Shown here: positions 36,746 to 47,690 of the stretch, one piece after another | Layout: each line of letters opens with the position of its first letter | Numbering within the stretch: position 1 is the stretch's first letter | NCBI GenBank assembly: GCA_034659915.1 | Contig: JAYEID010000013.1 | Location: forward strand, 10,627-74,626 | Direction of reading: 5' to 3' | Source: Patescibacteria group bacterium | Lineage (GTDB): Bacteria; Patescibacteriota; WWE3; JAUXAW01; JAYEID01 | Length of the DNA: 64,000 nucleotides | Made by a program: the position numbers and the translations under genes | The notes under the pieces: generated by a model | What the model saw: the letters and a program-made list of their open reading frames with translations, nothing else | The model's database searches: none | Told to the model about the DNA's origin: nothing

Positions 36746-39700
36746 ATGCGGCATTATTTTGACCAAAAAAGAAGTATCTTGCCCCTTCCAGATTTAACTT
36801 CGCACCAACAGGATTCTTTTTCCTGGTTTAAGGGAGAAGGAATTGCAGAAATATTGGAAGAAATTAATCCTATTGAGGACCAAACTGGGCGTGGGTGGAA
36901 GCTTTATTTTGAAGACCCAAGGTTTGAAGAACCGGAAGTTACTGCGCAGGAAGCAATGAAACGGGGTCTTGTTTACTCCTCTCCTTGGTACTTAACTGCA
37001 AGGTTGGTTGAAGAAGAAAGTGGGAAAGAAAAGAAAAAAGACATTTTTATGGGAGATTTTCCTGAAATGACGGAACGAGGGACTTTTATTATTAATGGTG
37101 TACAGCGCGTGGTTGTGGGACAGCTTACACGTTCGGAGGGCGTACATTTTTCAGGAGAGATCGACCCTTCCACAGGTAATAATCTAACTACAGTTAAGGT
37201 GATACCCAAAAACGGTGCTTGGTTAGAATTTTCAACTTATAAAAGAGATGAGCTTGTTGTTTCTATTAATAGAAGTCGGAAATTTCCGGTAACTACGCTA
37301 CTTCGCGCTTTTGGTGTGGGCAATGATAAGGAAATGCTAGAGATTTTTGATGACGTAGATACGGATCCAAACCGCAAGTTTATTCCCACAACATTGGAGG
37401 CTGACGAAACCCCCAATTATGAAGAAGCAATTTTGGAGTTGTTTAGAAAAGTTCGCCCTGGTGAGCGGGTGATTTTGAAAAATGCTGAAGATTTGTTTAC
37501 GCAGATGTTTAGGGATCCGCAACGGTTTGATTTGGGAGCTCCAGGACGGTTTTTGCTTAACCAGCGTTTGGGACTTGATTATCCGTTGGATAATGACCGC
37601 TATCGGCTTTTGACAAAAGAGGATCTTATTCAGATTGTTAGGAGAATGATTCGGTTAAACAATGGTGAGGGTGATTATATTGATACTGATCACCTTAGTA
37701 ATAGACGAGTGAAGAGAATTGGAGAGCTAGCCCAAGCCCAACTTCGGACTGGATTCTTGCAAATGTCTAGAAATATTCAGGGAAGGATGAGTATACAGCC
37801 TCGAGGTGAGTTTCCTTCTCCAAAAAAGCTTATTTCAGCTCGCCCGGTAAGTGCTCGGATTCTTAGTTTTTATGCTTCAAGCCAATTGGCTCAGTTCCAC
37901 GATCAAAATAATCCTTTAGCCTTTCTTTCTCACCTTAGACGCCTTACAGTAAAAGGTCCCGGTGGTCTTACTCAGCGGAGTGCTTCTATTTCTGTCCGGG
38001 ATGTGCACCCCTCGCATTATGGGAGAATTTGCCCCATTGAAACTCCGGAAGGTGCCAATATTGGTTTTACTACTCACATGGCTTTGTATGCAAGAATAAA
38101 CGAACTTGGTTTTCTGGAGGCACCTTACCGGAAAGTAATTGAAGATGAAAAAGGAATGAAGGTTACGGAAGAAATTGAATACCTACCTTCTTGGGAGGAA
38201 GAAGAACACTTTATTACTAGTGCATCTGTGGATTTAGATGAGAATGGCTATATTGTGTCTGAGCGCGTTCCGTTGCGAAAAGAAGGCAGATTTTTCTCTG
38301 GTTCCAGAGAACCAGTAGAGTATATTGATGTAACACCTACCCAGTTAGTTGGAGCTGCTGCTTCTAGTGTGCCTTTTTTGTCGCACGACGATCCCAACCG
38401 GGCCTTAATGGCTTCCAATATGTCACGTCAGGCTGTTCCTCTGATTAAGCCTGAGTCTCCCATTGTTGGTACTGGATTAGAGAAAGACCTAGCGTTAAAT
38501 TCAGGTGCTATGGTTATAGCTCAAAGTAAGGGAAAGGTGATTTATGTAGACTCCAAGCAAATTAAGGTGCAGACCAAAGACGGCATTGAAGAGTACGAAC
38601 TTACCAAATTTAAAAAATCAAATAACGACACCTGTCTAAATCAGGTGCCCCGGGTTTCTGTTGGTGATAAAGTTAAAAAAGGTGACCTTCTTGCAGATGG
38701 GTCCTCAACTGACTATGGGGATTTGGCTTTGGGTACTAATTTGAAAATTGCGTATGTTTCTTTTAAAGGGCTAAACTACGAAGATGCTTTTGTTGTTTCA
38801 AGACGGTTGGTGGAAGAAGATGTTCTTACCTCTATTCATATTTCAGAATACGAAACTTCAGTTTTAGAGACCAAGTTGGGACCAGAACAGGTAACTCGGG
38901 ATATCCCAAATGTTTCAGAGGAGGCACTTCGAAACTTGGGGGAGGACGGCATTGTTGCTGTTGGTTCAGAAGTTAAATCGGGAGATATTTTGGTAGGAAA
39001 GATTGCGCCTAAAGGAGAAAGTGAACTTTCGGCAGAAGAGAGGTTGCTCCGATCTATTTTTGGTGAAAGAGCGCGGGATGTCCGGGACAATTCGTTACGA
39101 ATGCCTCACGGGGATTATGGTACAGTGGTTGGAATAAAGGTATTAACTGATGAAAATTCTGATTTGGAGCCGGGGGTGTTGCGGAAAATTCAAGTTAGAG
39201 TTGCTCAAAGAAGGAAATTAGCTGTGGGCGATAAATTAGTTGGGAAACACGGTAATAAAGGTGTAGTTGCGGCAATTTGGCCTGAGGAAGACATGCCTTA
39301 TTTGGAGGATGGTACTCCTGTTGATATTATTATGAGTTCTTGCTCGGTTATTTCTCGAATGAATACTGGTCAATTACTTGAAACTCATCTTGGTGCAGCT
39401 GGAGCCAAATTAGGTAAGAGATATGCTGTACCTCCTTTTTCTAAGTTTGATCCTGAGCAACTTCGTGCGGAGCTTGAAGCTGCTGGTCTTTCCAAAGATG
39501 GTAAACAGGTCCTTTACGATGGTTTTACAGGGGAGGCGTTTGAGCAGAAGGTAGTGGTTGGTAACTCCTATATTTTGAAATTAGAGCATTTGGTTGAGGA
39601 TAAGATACACGCCCGATCTACCGGGCCTTATGCACTTATTACTCAGCAGCCACTGGGGGGTAAGGCTCAATTTGGTGGTCAACGGTTTGGTGAGATGGAA

Positions 39701-39910
39701 GTATGGGCTTTGGAGGCGTATAGTGCTGCGGATATGTTACACGAAATGTTGACTATTAAATCTGATGATATAGTTGGACGCGGCCGTGCGTATAAGGCAT
39801 TAATTCAGGGGCAAGAAGTTCCAGAACCAACATTGCCGGAATCGTTTAAGCTTTTGGTTCGCGAGCTAAATGGTTTGGGTTTGGATATTGAAGGAGTAAA
39901 CAAAGAATAA
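36746..39910 (+). CDS. rpoB: RNA polymerase beta subunit
   Basis: GRICPIETPEG, GDKLVGKHGNKG, GGQRFGEME. Confidence 0.99.
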   Translation: MRHYFDQKRSILPLPDLTSHQQDSFSWFKGEGIAEILEEINPIEDQTGRGWKLYFEDPRFEEPEVTAQEAMKRGLVYSSPWYLTARLVEEESGKEKKKDIFMGDFPEMTERGTFIINGVQRVVVGQLTRSEGVHFSGEIDPSTGNNLTTVKVIPKNGAWLEFSTYKRDELVVSINRSRKFPVTTLLRAFGVGNDKEMLEIFDDVDTDPNRKFIPTTLEADETPNYEEAILELFRKVRPGERVILKNAEDLFTQMFRDPQRFDLGAPGRFLLNQRLGLDYPLDNDRYRLLTKEDLIQIVRRMIRLNNGEGDYIDTDHLSNRRVKRIGELAQAQLRTGFLQMSRNIQGRMSIQPRGEFPSPKKLISARPVSARILSFYASSQLAQFHDQNNPLAFLSHLRRLTVKGPGGLTQRSASISVRDVHPSHYGRICPIETPEGANIGFTTHMALYARINELGFLEAPYRKVIEDEKGMKVTEEIEYLPSWEEEEHFITSASVDLDENGYIVSERVPLRKEGRFFSGSREPVEYIDVTPTQLVGAAASSVPFLSHDDPNRALMASNMSRQAVPLIKPESPIVGTGLEKDLALNSGAMVIAQSKGKVIYVDSKQIKVQTKDGIEEYELTKFKKSNNDTCLNQVPRVSVGDKVKKGDLLADGSSTDYGDLALGTNLKIAYVSFKGLNYEDAFVVSRRLVEEDVLTSIHISEYETSVLETKLGPEQVTRDIPNVSEEALRNLGEDGIVAVGSEVKSGDILVGKIAPKGESELSAEERLLRSIFGERARDVRDNSLRMPHGDYGTVVGIKVLTDENSDLEPGVLRKIQVRVAQRRKLAVGDKLVGKHGNKGVVAAIWPEEDMPYLEDGTPVDIIMSSCSVISRMNTGQLLETHLGAAGAKLGKRYAVPPFSKFDPEQLRAELEAAGLSKDGKQVLYDGFTGEAFEQKVVVGNSYILKLEHLVEDKIHARSTGPYALITQQPLGGKAQFGGQRFGEMEVWALEAYSAADMLHEMLTIKSDDIVGRGRAYKALIQGQEVPEPTLPESFKLLVRELNGLGLDIEGVNKE

Positions 39911-39972
39911 CCTTGATGGCAGAACTTTAGCAGGCACCTCGCCCGTAGAAAGTTTCCGGTTGCGGAACGCGT

Positions 39973-40144
39973 CGGTGCTACACGCTTTCAAGAGCCCTTG
40001 TACTACATAGAGTACAGGGCAGGCCGTGCTTAGGATTGAGCGCGTTTACCCCGAACCCTGCGTGGTTTGGGGCTTAGAGAAAAATTTGCTTTTAGTTTAT
40101 TGTTAATTGATAGGTTATTGTGGGCAAATTTTTCTATGCTCTTG
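39973..40144. repeat. 172-bp structured spacer element, family A, copy 1
   Basis: Identical to 50854-51025; multiple hairpins. Confidence 0.95.
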
Positions 40145-40227
40145 GAAACGGTACCCCCGCCGCGCTCGACTCTGTTTATTAATCGTCCTGCTGATAGCTG
40201 ACTGCGGAAAGCTGTTAGCAGATTATT

Positions 40228-43200
40228 ATGTCTAACGACTTATCACAGTTCGAAAAATTTGATGCATTAAAAATAACTTTGGCTAGTCCCCAAGAGGTTC
40301 GTTCTTGGTCTCACGGGGAGGTTACAGAGCCAGAGACTATTAATTACCGTACTTTTAGGGCGGAGAAGGATGGTTTGTTTTGTGAGAAGATTTTTGGTCC
40401 AACAAAAGATTTTGAATGCTATTGCGGTAAATACAAAAAAATTCGCTTCAAAGGTGTTATTTGTGACAAATGTGGGGTTGAGGTTACCCGGAGAAGGGTA
40501 CGCCGGGAGCGAATGGGACATATTGAACTTGCTTCCCCTTGTGGTCACGTGTGGTTCTTTGGTACTGTGCCTTCTAAAATGGCTCGGCTGTTGGGCATGC
40601 GTTCTCGTGACCTTAAAGCTGTTATTTATTACTCAAAGTATTTAATTTTGAGTGTGGACGAAGATGAGCGAGAAAAAGTAGTTTCTGTTTTGGAAAAAGA
40701 TTTGGAGAAAGAAAAGGAGCAACTTCGCGAGGAAACTGAGGCAGAGATTGAAAAGATTGAAAACCAGATTGAGGAAAGAGCAGAAGAAGCTGATAGCGAG
40801 GAGGAAAGGGAGGAAATTCTCTTTTCGGGACGGAAAGAAATTGCACAACTTCGCGATGATTTGGTTACCAAGAAAAACAATTTAGAAAAGAAGTATGATG
40901 TTCTTTCAGCCCATTTAGAAGAAATTGAACCTCTTTCTGTTATTGGTGAGGCTGAGTATCGAAGTTTGCAAAAATATTTAGATAAGTTTTCGCAGGTTGG
41001 GATTGGAGCTCCGGGAGTTAAACGGGTATTAGAAGAGTTGAATACAGAAGAAATTGCCACGGAGCTGCGAGAAAAATTAAGAGAAACTAGTTCTAAGAGT
41101 AAAAGAAAGAAATACACTAGGCGCCTTAAAGCTGTTGAGCAATTTAATCGTTCTGATGTAGAACCAGCGTGGATGATTTTGGATGTTTTGCCTGTGATTC
41201 CTCCCGAACTGCGACCAATGGTCCAATTGGAGGGGGGACGATTTGCAACTTCTGATCTAAACGACCTTTACCGGGCTGTAATAAATCGAAATAATCGGTT
41301 GAAAGAATTGCTAGAATTAGGCGCGCCCGAACTTATTTTAAAAAATGAGCGGAGAATGCTTCAGGAAGCAGTGGATGCTCTAATTGATAGCAGCCGCTCG
41401 CGTCGGCGCCGCTACCGTGGGCAGAAAAAGCTCCGTTCTCTTTCAGATCTTATAAAAGGTAAACAGGGTCGGTTTAGAAGGAATTTACTTGGTAAGCGCG
41501 TAGATTATTCAGGGCGCTCAGTTATTGTAGTTGGTCCCGAGCTCAAAATTTCCGAGTGTGGTGTTCCAAAAGAAATGGCTTTAGAGCTTTTTAAGCCTAT
41601 GGTAATTAGGGAAGTATTGGCAGAGGGGCTAGCGCCTAATGTAAAGATGGCTAAGGAATTTATTAAACAGGAGCCACCTGAAGTGTGGGATATTTTGGAG
41701 CGGGTAGTTGAGGGTTGGCCTGTTCTTCTGAATCGGGCACCCACCTTGCATCGCTTGGGAATTCTTGCCTTTTATCCAAAACTTCTAGATGGTAAAGCGT
41801 TGAGTATTCACCCTTGTGTCTGTGCCGGTTATAATGCAGACTTTGACGGCGATCAAATGGCTGTTCATGTTCCTCTTTCTAAAGAAGCAAAAAGAGAAGC
41901 AGAAGAAATTATGCTTTCGACCAAAAACCTGCTTAAGCCAGCTTCGGGCAGCCCAGTAGTATCACCTTCCAAGGATATGGTCTTGGGTCTGTATTGGTTA
42001 ACAAGAGGACAGGGAGAGTTAGCTGAGGATAAGTTTTACTACTTAGAAGAGGCAAAAGTTGCTTGGGGAGAGGGCTACCTTAAGTTAAGACAGTTAACTA
42101 GGATTGAAATTGATGGAGTAGTTAGGGAAACTACTTTGGGTCGTGCTTTAGTAAATGAGAAAATTCCTAACAGCTTGGGATACGTAAACAAGGTAATGGA
42201 TAAAGATGTAGTCAAAGATGTTTTGAATCGTTGTTTGGAAGAGGAAGGTGAGGAAAGAACCGTTCAGTTGGTGGATGATTTGAAGTCTCTTGGATTTAAG
42301 TATGCTACTGAGTCAGGTATATCTATGGGTATCTTTGATACAGATGTACCAATTGATAAGCAAGAGAAGATTGAGGAGGCTGAGGAAAAAGTAGCAGAAA
42401 TTGAACACAACTTCCGGCGCGGGCTTTTGACTGAGGGTGAGATGCGGAGGCTTTCGCAGGAAATATGGCTGGATTTGACAAACGAATTAGAAGAGCTGAC
42501 CTGGAATTCGATGCGGAAGGAAAACCCAATGCGGATCTTGATTGAATCTGGTGCGCGCGGTTCTCCCGACCAGGTTAAGCAAATTTCAGGAATGAAGGGT
42601 TTGGTTGTTGATCCTACTGGTAAGATTGTAGAGTTGCCAACCAAATCTAACTATTTTGAAGGACTTTCCGAGTTTGAATATTTTGCAGGGGCTCGTGGTG
42701 CACGTAAAGGTTTGGCTGACACAGCGCTGAAGACGGCTGATGCTGGGTACCTCACACGGCGCCTCGTGGATGTTTGTCAGGAAGTTCTTGTTCGGGAAGA
42801 GGACTGTGGTACCCGAGCAGGTTTGGAAATTTCACGTGATGATGGTGAAGAGTTTGGTAGCTTTGCTTCAAGGTTAGAAGGGCGCGTAGCTGCAGACACA
42901 GTAAAAGATTCTGATGGTAATATTCTGGCTCGGCGTAATGACTTGATAGATAAGAGAAAGGCGGAAGAAATTGCAGAACAAGGACCCGATAGTGTGTTAC
43001 TGCGGTCCCCTATGACGTGTGAAACACCGTATGGTATCTGTCAAAAGTGCTATGGTTGGGATTTGGGCTGGCGCCAATTAGTGGAGTTGGGCTCACCCGT
43101 GGGTGTTATTGCTGCTCAATCAATTGGAGAGCCTGGCACTCAGCTGACACTACGAACTTTCCACTTTGGTGGTATTGCTAAAGAGGATATTACTCGTGGG

Positions 43201-43896
43201 CTCCCCCGTGTAACTCAACTATTTGAAGCACGCACCCCTAAAGTGTTGGCAGCAATGACGGAATTTGGTGGTAAGGTGAGTATTGAGGAGTTGGAAGAGG
43301 GGACTACTGTTGTTACTGTTACTTCTGAGGAGGGTGAGGCTGAGGAGTATCGAGTACCACCTACCCGAGAGGTTAGGGTTGAAGATGGTGATGTTGTTCC
43401 TGCTGGTTATGCCCTATCCTTGGGTTATCTTGATCCTGAAGAAGTTTTGGAAACGCTTGGACTTCGGGATGCTCAGAAATATATGCTTTCCGAAATCAAG
43501 AAGGTATACGCTTCCCAGGGTGTGGATTTGGATTCAAAACATGTTGAGGTTGTACTTCGACAAATGGTTTCTCAGGTTAAGATTGTTGAGGCTGGGGATA
43601 CGAACTTATTACCTGGGGAGGTTGTATCGCGGGAGCGCCTTGCTCAAGAAAACAAAAAAGCTCGCGAGGCAGATGGTAAGAAGGCAGAGGCGCAGCAATT
43701 GATTCTTGGTATTACTAAAGTCTCGTTGAATACTGAGTCGTGGCTTTCAGCAGCATCTTTCCAGGCAACGCGAAGAGTGCTTACTGATTCAGCAGTAAAG
43801 GGGGCTACTGATGTTTTACGAGGACTTAAGGAAAATGTAATTGTTGGGAAAAAAATTCCAATTGAGCCAGAAATTTATAAGGAAGAAAAAGAATAA
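40228..43896 (+). CDS. rpoC: RNA polymerase beta' subunit
   Basis: NADFDGD catalytic motif, Zn-finger CYCG...CDKC. Confidence 0.99.
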   Translation: MSNDLSQFEKFDALKITLASPQEVRSWSHGEVTEPETINYRTFRAEKDGLFCEKIFGPTKDFECYCGKYKKIRFKGVICDKCGVEVTRRRVRRERMGHIELASPCGHVWFFGTVPSKMARLLGMRSRDLKAVIYYSKYLILSVDEDEREKVVSVLEKDLEKEKEQLREETEAEIEKIENQIEERAEEADSEEEREEILFSGRKEIAQLRDDLVTKKNNLEKKYDVLSAHLEEIEPLSVIGEAEYRSLQKYLDKFSQVGIGAPGVKRVLEELNTEEIATELREKLRETSSKSKRKKYTRRLKAVEQFNRSDVEPAWMILDVLPVIPPELRPMVQLEGGRFATSDLNDLYRAVINRNNRLKELLELGAPELILKNERRMLQEAVDALIDSSRSRRRRYRGQKKLRSLSDLIKGKQGRFRRNLLGKRVDYSGRSVIVVGPELKISECGVPKEMALELFKPMVIREVLAEGLAPNVKMAKEFIKQEPPEVWDILERVVEGWPVLLNRAPTLHRLGILAFYPKLLDGKALSIHPCVCAGYNADFDGDQMAVHVPLSKEAKREAEEIMLSTKNLLKPASGSPVVSPSKDMVLGLYWLTRGQGELAEDKFYYLEEAKVAWGEGYLKLRQLTRIEIDGVVRETTLGRALVNEKIPNSLGYVNKVMDKDVVKDVLNRCLEEEGEERTVQLVDDLKSLGFKYATESGISMGIFDTDVPIDKQEKIEEAEEKVAEIEHNFRRGLLTEGEMRRLSQEIWLDLTNELEELTWNSMRKENPMRILIESGARGSPDQVKQISGMKGLVVDPTGKIVELPTKSNYFEGLSEFEYFAGARGARKGLADTALKTADAGYLTRRLVDVCQEVLVREEDCGTRAGLEISRDDGEEFGSFASRLEGRVAADTVKDSDGNILARRNDLIDKRKAEEIAEQGPDSVLLRSPMTCETPYGICQKCYGWDLGWRQLVELGSPVGVIAAQSIGEPGTQLTLRTFHFGGIAKEDITRGLPRVTQLFEARTPKVLAAMTEFGGKVSIEELEEGTTVVTVTSEEGEAEEYRVPPTREVRVEDGDVVPAGYALSLGYLDPEEVLETLGLRDAQKYMLSEIKKVYASQGVDLDSKHVEVVLRQMVSQVKIVEAGDTNLLPGEVVSRERLAQENKKAREADGKKAEAQQLILGITKVSLNTESWLSAASFQATRRVLTDSAVKGATDVLRGLKENVIVGKKIPIEPEIYKEEKE

Positions 43897-43932
43897 AGTA
43901 GTATAAAGGATTTTGGAGAGGTACTTTTTCTT

Positions 43933-43960
43933 ACGTACCCTTGCTAGGGTGCGTCTTTTT
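43933..43960 (+). terminator. Intrinsic terminator after rpoC
   Basis: acgtaccct-tgct-agggtgcgt followed by ctttt; TGnTATAAT at 43969-43977 is a candidate rpsL promoter. Confidence 0.7.
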
Positions 43961-44039
43961 ATGCTTTTTGTTATAATATAGGTAGTAACTACCAAATGAT
44001 AGGTTTAGATGTTTTTTATTGGCTTAAATTTGTCAAGCA

Positions 44040-44498
44040 ATGCCAACTATTCAACAACTTGTCCGAAAAGGACGCAAAAAACCAAAAAAGGAAAAGAGCA
44101 CTCCAGCGTTGGGGGATATTTATTCTTCTCTTAACAGAGAAAGGAAGGAGTTAGAGGCACCTTTTAAGAGGGGTGTAGTTTTAGACGTTCGAACAAGGGC
44201 TCCTAAGAAACCTAACTCTGCGCTTAGGAAAGTTGCTCGAGTACGCCTTTCAAATGGAAAAGAGGTCACTGCTTACATTCCGGGTGAGGGGCATAACATT
44301 ACAGAGCACGCTGTGGTTTTGGTTCGGGGTGGGCGTGTTCAGGACCTTCCTGGTATTAAATATACAATTGTTCGGGGGCATTATGATGTAGCGGGGGTGG
44401 AAGGGCGAGTAACATCGCGCTCTAAGTATGGAACAAAGGAAAGCGGGGAGATTGGTGGCGCAACTGTGACGGGGGGAGAAGAGTCTGCGGAAGTATGA
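44040..44498 (+). CDS. rpsL: 30S ribosomal protein uS12
   Basis: [19 protein letters not shown]. Confidence 0.99.
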   Translation: MPTIQQLVRKGRKKPKKEKSTPALGDIYSSLNRERKELEAPFKRGVVLDVRTRAPKKPNSALRKVARVRLSNGKEVTAYIPGEGHNITEHAVVLVRGGRVQDLPGIKYTIVRGHYDVAGVEGRVTSRSKYGTKESGEIGGATVTGGEESAEV

Positions 44499-44614
44499 TT
44501 TAACTAGATTGTTATCTTGCTAGCCAGTTAGCCAGCTATCTTGTTAAGTGTTAAGGAGTTAAAGGATATACAATAGATATACGGTAGATATGCAATTGTT
44601 CATCTATTGTTTAT

Positions 44615-44680
44615 CGCGATTCTGATCGCAGTTTAACGGCAACTTCTGAGTTGCATTTTACGAGTGTTTAGTGAGTTTAT
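44615..44680. repeat. Micro-hairpin chain element, family C
   Basis: cgcgattctgatcgcagtttaacg (24 nt) identical at 56483-56506. Confidence 0.8.
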
Positions 44681-44731
44681 CTAGTAGTTAAGTTATGATT
44701 ATTTTATCGATTACCTTTTTGGCTTAAAGTC

Positions 44732-45196
44732 ATGCGTGGAAAAAAAGCAAAAAAGCGAGAAAAAGAAGAAGATTTGCTCTATAATTCTGAGCTTGTGACT
44801 CGGCTAATTAATCAGGTTATGGAAAGTGGTAAGAAAAATGTAGCAGAGGAAATAGTTTATGGGGCACTAGAACGCCTTTCTGAGGATAGGAACGAGGCGC
44901 TCAACCTTTTGGAGCAAGCTGTAAGTAATGTTGTTCCTGATGAGGAAGTTCGTTCTCGGCGGGTGGGAGGTGCAACCTATCAAGTTCCCATTCCTCTAAA
45001 GCGGGATCGGGCTGTGACCTTGGCAATTCGTTGGATAGTTGATGCAGCAAAGAAAAGGAGCGGCGAGCCGATGGTGGTGAGTCTTACTTATGAGCTCCAG
45101 GATGCTCTTCGCGGTGAAGGAACGGCAGTAAAGAAGCGAGAGCAAGTACACCGTACTGCGGACGCAAACCGTGCTTTTGCCCATTTTCGATGGTAG
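44732..45196 (+). CDS. rpsG: 30S ribosomal protein uS7
   Basis: SRRVGGATYQVP, ANRAFAHFRW. Confidence 0.99.
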   Translation: MRGKKAKKREKEEDLLYNSELVTRLINQVMESGKKNVAEEIVYGALERLSEDRNEALNLLEQAVSNVVPDEEVRSRRVGGATYQVPIPLKRDRAVTLAIRWIVDAAKKRSGEPMVVSLTYELQDALRGEGTAVKKREQVHRTADANRAFAHFRW

Positions 45197-45234
45197 TTTT
45201 CTTTTGATAAGGAACTCTGCTGCGGTGGGCAATC

Positions 45235-45263
45235 TTGCGCTAAAGCCTTTTCTACAGTATAAT
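45235..45263 (+). promoter_or_regulatory. Internal sigma70 promoter upstream of fusA
   Basis: TTGCGC-17 nt-TATAAT. Confidence 0.65.
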
Positions 45264-45432
45264 TCCTGTATACAAGGGGTCAGGTCTCCTCTATAAATAT
45301 CTGGGAGGTGTCTCTTATCAAGAAAACCTTTGCAAGGTTTTTATTTTTTTGCTTATATTGCAAGCACGAGGTACTTTTGCCTGTTGGGTATGGTTCCAGA
45401 AAAACTGTAGGTTATTATTTTTTATTATTATT

Positions 45433-47532
45433 ATGTCTGAACAAGAAGAATACCCGTTAGAGAAAATTAGAAATATTGGGATTATTGCCCACATTGATGC
45501 TGGTAAAACCACTGCTACTGAACGTATTCTTTATTACAGCGGCAAAACTTATAAGATTGGTGACATTGATGAGGGTACTACGCAAATGGATTGGATGGAG
45601 CAGGAACGCGAGCGCGGTATTACAATCCAATCTGCTGCTACTACTACCTTTTGGACTCCTCTTCGTTTTGAGGGAGCGGAGGAACATACCCACCGGATAA
45701 ATATCATTGATACTCCTGGCCACGTAGATTTTACAGCTGAAGTAGAGCGTTCTTTGCGTGTTCTTGATGGCGCTGTGGTTGTTTTTGACGGTGTGGCTGG
45801 TGTTGAACCGCAGTCAGAAACAGTTTGGCGCCAAGCTGATAAGTATGAAGTGCCGCGAGTTTGTTTTATTAATAAAATGGATAAAACTGGGGCAGACTTT
45901 TACAATTCAGTAGAAACTATTAAGGATCGACTTGGTGCTCGAACTGCTATAATTCAGCTCCCAATTGGATCTGAAAGTGATTTTGAAGGTGTGGTAGATT
46001 TAATTGAGATGCGTGCTCTTTATTGGGAAGGTGGTCTAGGAGAGAAGGTTAGATACGGTGAAATCCCTTCGGGTTTAGAGGAAAGAGCTAAGGAAAAGAG
46101 AAATGATCTTTTGGAAATGGCGGCGGAGCAAAGTGAACAGCTTTTTGAACATTATTTGGAAAATCAAGATCTTACTCCTGATGAGATTAGGAATGGTCTT
46201 CGAATAGGTACGTTAAATGGTGATTTTGTTCCTGTAATGTGCGGAAGCGCGCTTCGTAATCGCGGTATTCAACCTCTGCTTGATTCTATTGTTGATTATC
46301 TCCCCTCCCCTTTAGATGTTCCACCTATTACTGGTGTTAATCCAGAAACAAATGAAGAAGAAGTTCGGGAGGCAGATCCGAATGGGCCTTTTGCTGCATT
46401 GGCGTTTAAGATCCAAACTGATCCCTATGTTGGTCGGCTTTGCTATTTTCGTGTTTATTCTGGAACGTTGGATGCTGGTGACGAGGTTTTGAATGCTTCT
46501 AAGGATGAGAAAGAACGGATGGGAAGGATTTTATTAATGCACGCAAATACCCGCGAGGAAATTGATAAAACATCGGCGGGGAAGATTGGCGCAACTGTAG
46601 GTCTTAAGAATACCTTTACGGGTGATACTCTTTGCGATAAGGAAAGCCCTATTGAGTTAGAGAAAATATCGTTTCCGGAGCCAGTTATCTCAGTAGCTAT
46701 TGAACCAAAGACCCGTGCAGATCAGGAAAAGTTGGGTAAAGCACTTAGGCGTCTTTCTGAGGAAGACCCTACTTTTGAAATTAGAGCAAACAAAGAGACG
46801 GGAGAAACTTTAATTTATGGTATGGGTGAGTTGCATTTAGAGATTTTGGTTGAACGGATGAAGCGTGAGTTTGGGGTTGAAGCTAAGATTGGTAAACCGA
46901 GGGTTGCGTATCGAGAGACTATTCGTAACACTGCAGAAGCTGAGGGTGAGTATATTCGCCAATCTGGAGGTCGCGGGCAGTATGGGCATTGTTTTCTTCG
47001 TTTGGAACCTTTGGCACAAGGAGAGGGTTTTGAGTTTGAGAATGAAATTAAGGGCGGTACAATTCCGCGCGAATTTATTCCTGCTGTAGAAAAAGGTGCA
47101 GTTGAAGCGCGAGATAAAGGTATTTTGGCAGGGTACCCTATGGTTGACATTAAAGTTACTGTTTTTGATGGGAGTTATCACGAAGTTGATTCTTCTGAGG
47201 CAGCTTATAAGATTGCAGCTTCTCAAGCCTTCCAGAAAGCTGCTAAGCAAGCAAGGCCTGTTCTTTTAGAACCTATAATGCAGGTAGAAGTTGTAACTCC
47301 TGATGAGTATTTAGGTTCAGTGGTAAGCGATCTTTCTTCTAAACGAGCGAAGATCAGGAAAACATGGGTTCAAGGTAACTCTCGTCGTATTTCAGCTGAG
47401 GTTCCCTTAGCTGAAATGTTTGGATATGCGACGCGGATTCGTTCCTTGACAAAGGGGCGCGCAACCTTTACAATGGAGCCTAGCCATTATGAGGAAGTTC
47501 CTCAAAATGTAGCTGAAGAATTAATTAGCTAA
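45433..47532 (+). CDS. fusA: Elongation factor G
   Basis: [23 protein letters not shown]; ATG 45433. Confidence 0.99.
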   Translation: MSEQEEYPLEKIRNIGIIAHIDAGKTTATERILYYSGKTYKIGDIDEGTTQMDWMEQERERGITIQSAATTTFWTPLRFEGAEEHTHRINIIDTPGHVDFTAEVERSLRVLDGAVVVFDGVAGVEPQSETVWRQADKYEVPRVCFINKMDKTGADFYNSVETIKDRLGARTAIIQLPIGSESDFEGVVDLIEMRALYWEGGLGEKVRYGEIPSGLEERAKEKRNDLLEMAAEQSEQLFEHYLENQDLTPDEIRNGLRIGTLNGDFVPVMCGSALRNRGIQPLLDSIVDYLPSPLDVPPITGVNPETNEEEVREADPNGPFAALAFKIQTDPYVGRLCYFRVYSGTLDAGDEVLNASKDEKERMGRILLMHANTREEIDKTSAGKIGATVGLKNTFTGDTLCDKESPIELEKISFPEPVISVAIEPKTRADQEKLGKALRRLSEEDPTFEIRANKETGETLIYGMGELHLEILVERMKREFGVEAKIGKPRVAYRETIRNTAEAEGEYIRQSGGRGQYGHCFLRLEPLAQGEGFEFENEIKGGTIPREFIPAVEKGAVEARDKGILAGYPMVDIKVTVFDGSYHEVDSSEAAYKIAASQAFQKAAKQARPVLLEPIMQVEVVTPDEYLGSVVSDLSSKRAKIRKTWVQGNSRRISAEVPLAEMFGYATRIRSLTKGRATFTMEPSHYEEVPQNVAEELIS

Positions 47533-47690
47533 CATATCTGATAGTTGTAAGTTGGTGTTTTGTTGTTGGTTAGGCTAGCAACAAGAAACTAACTTTTGCT
47601 TGTTTTTATTTGTTTAGATTGTTAACTGCAGTGGTCTGGTACATCCAAGACGCGCGGATGCACTAGCTCGCAGCAGTGAAAGGAGGCCGT

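Noticed and set aside
40655-40930. Intein or mobile insert in rpoC
   Set aside because: A Glu/Lys-rich coiled coil with no intein motifs or DNA palindromes; it resembles the known lineage-specific beta' insertion.
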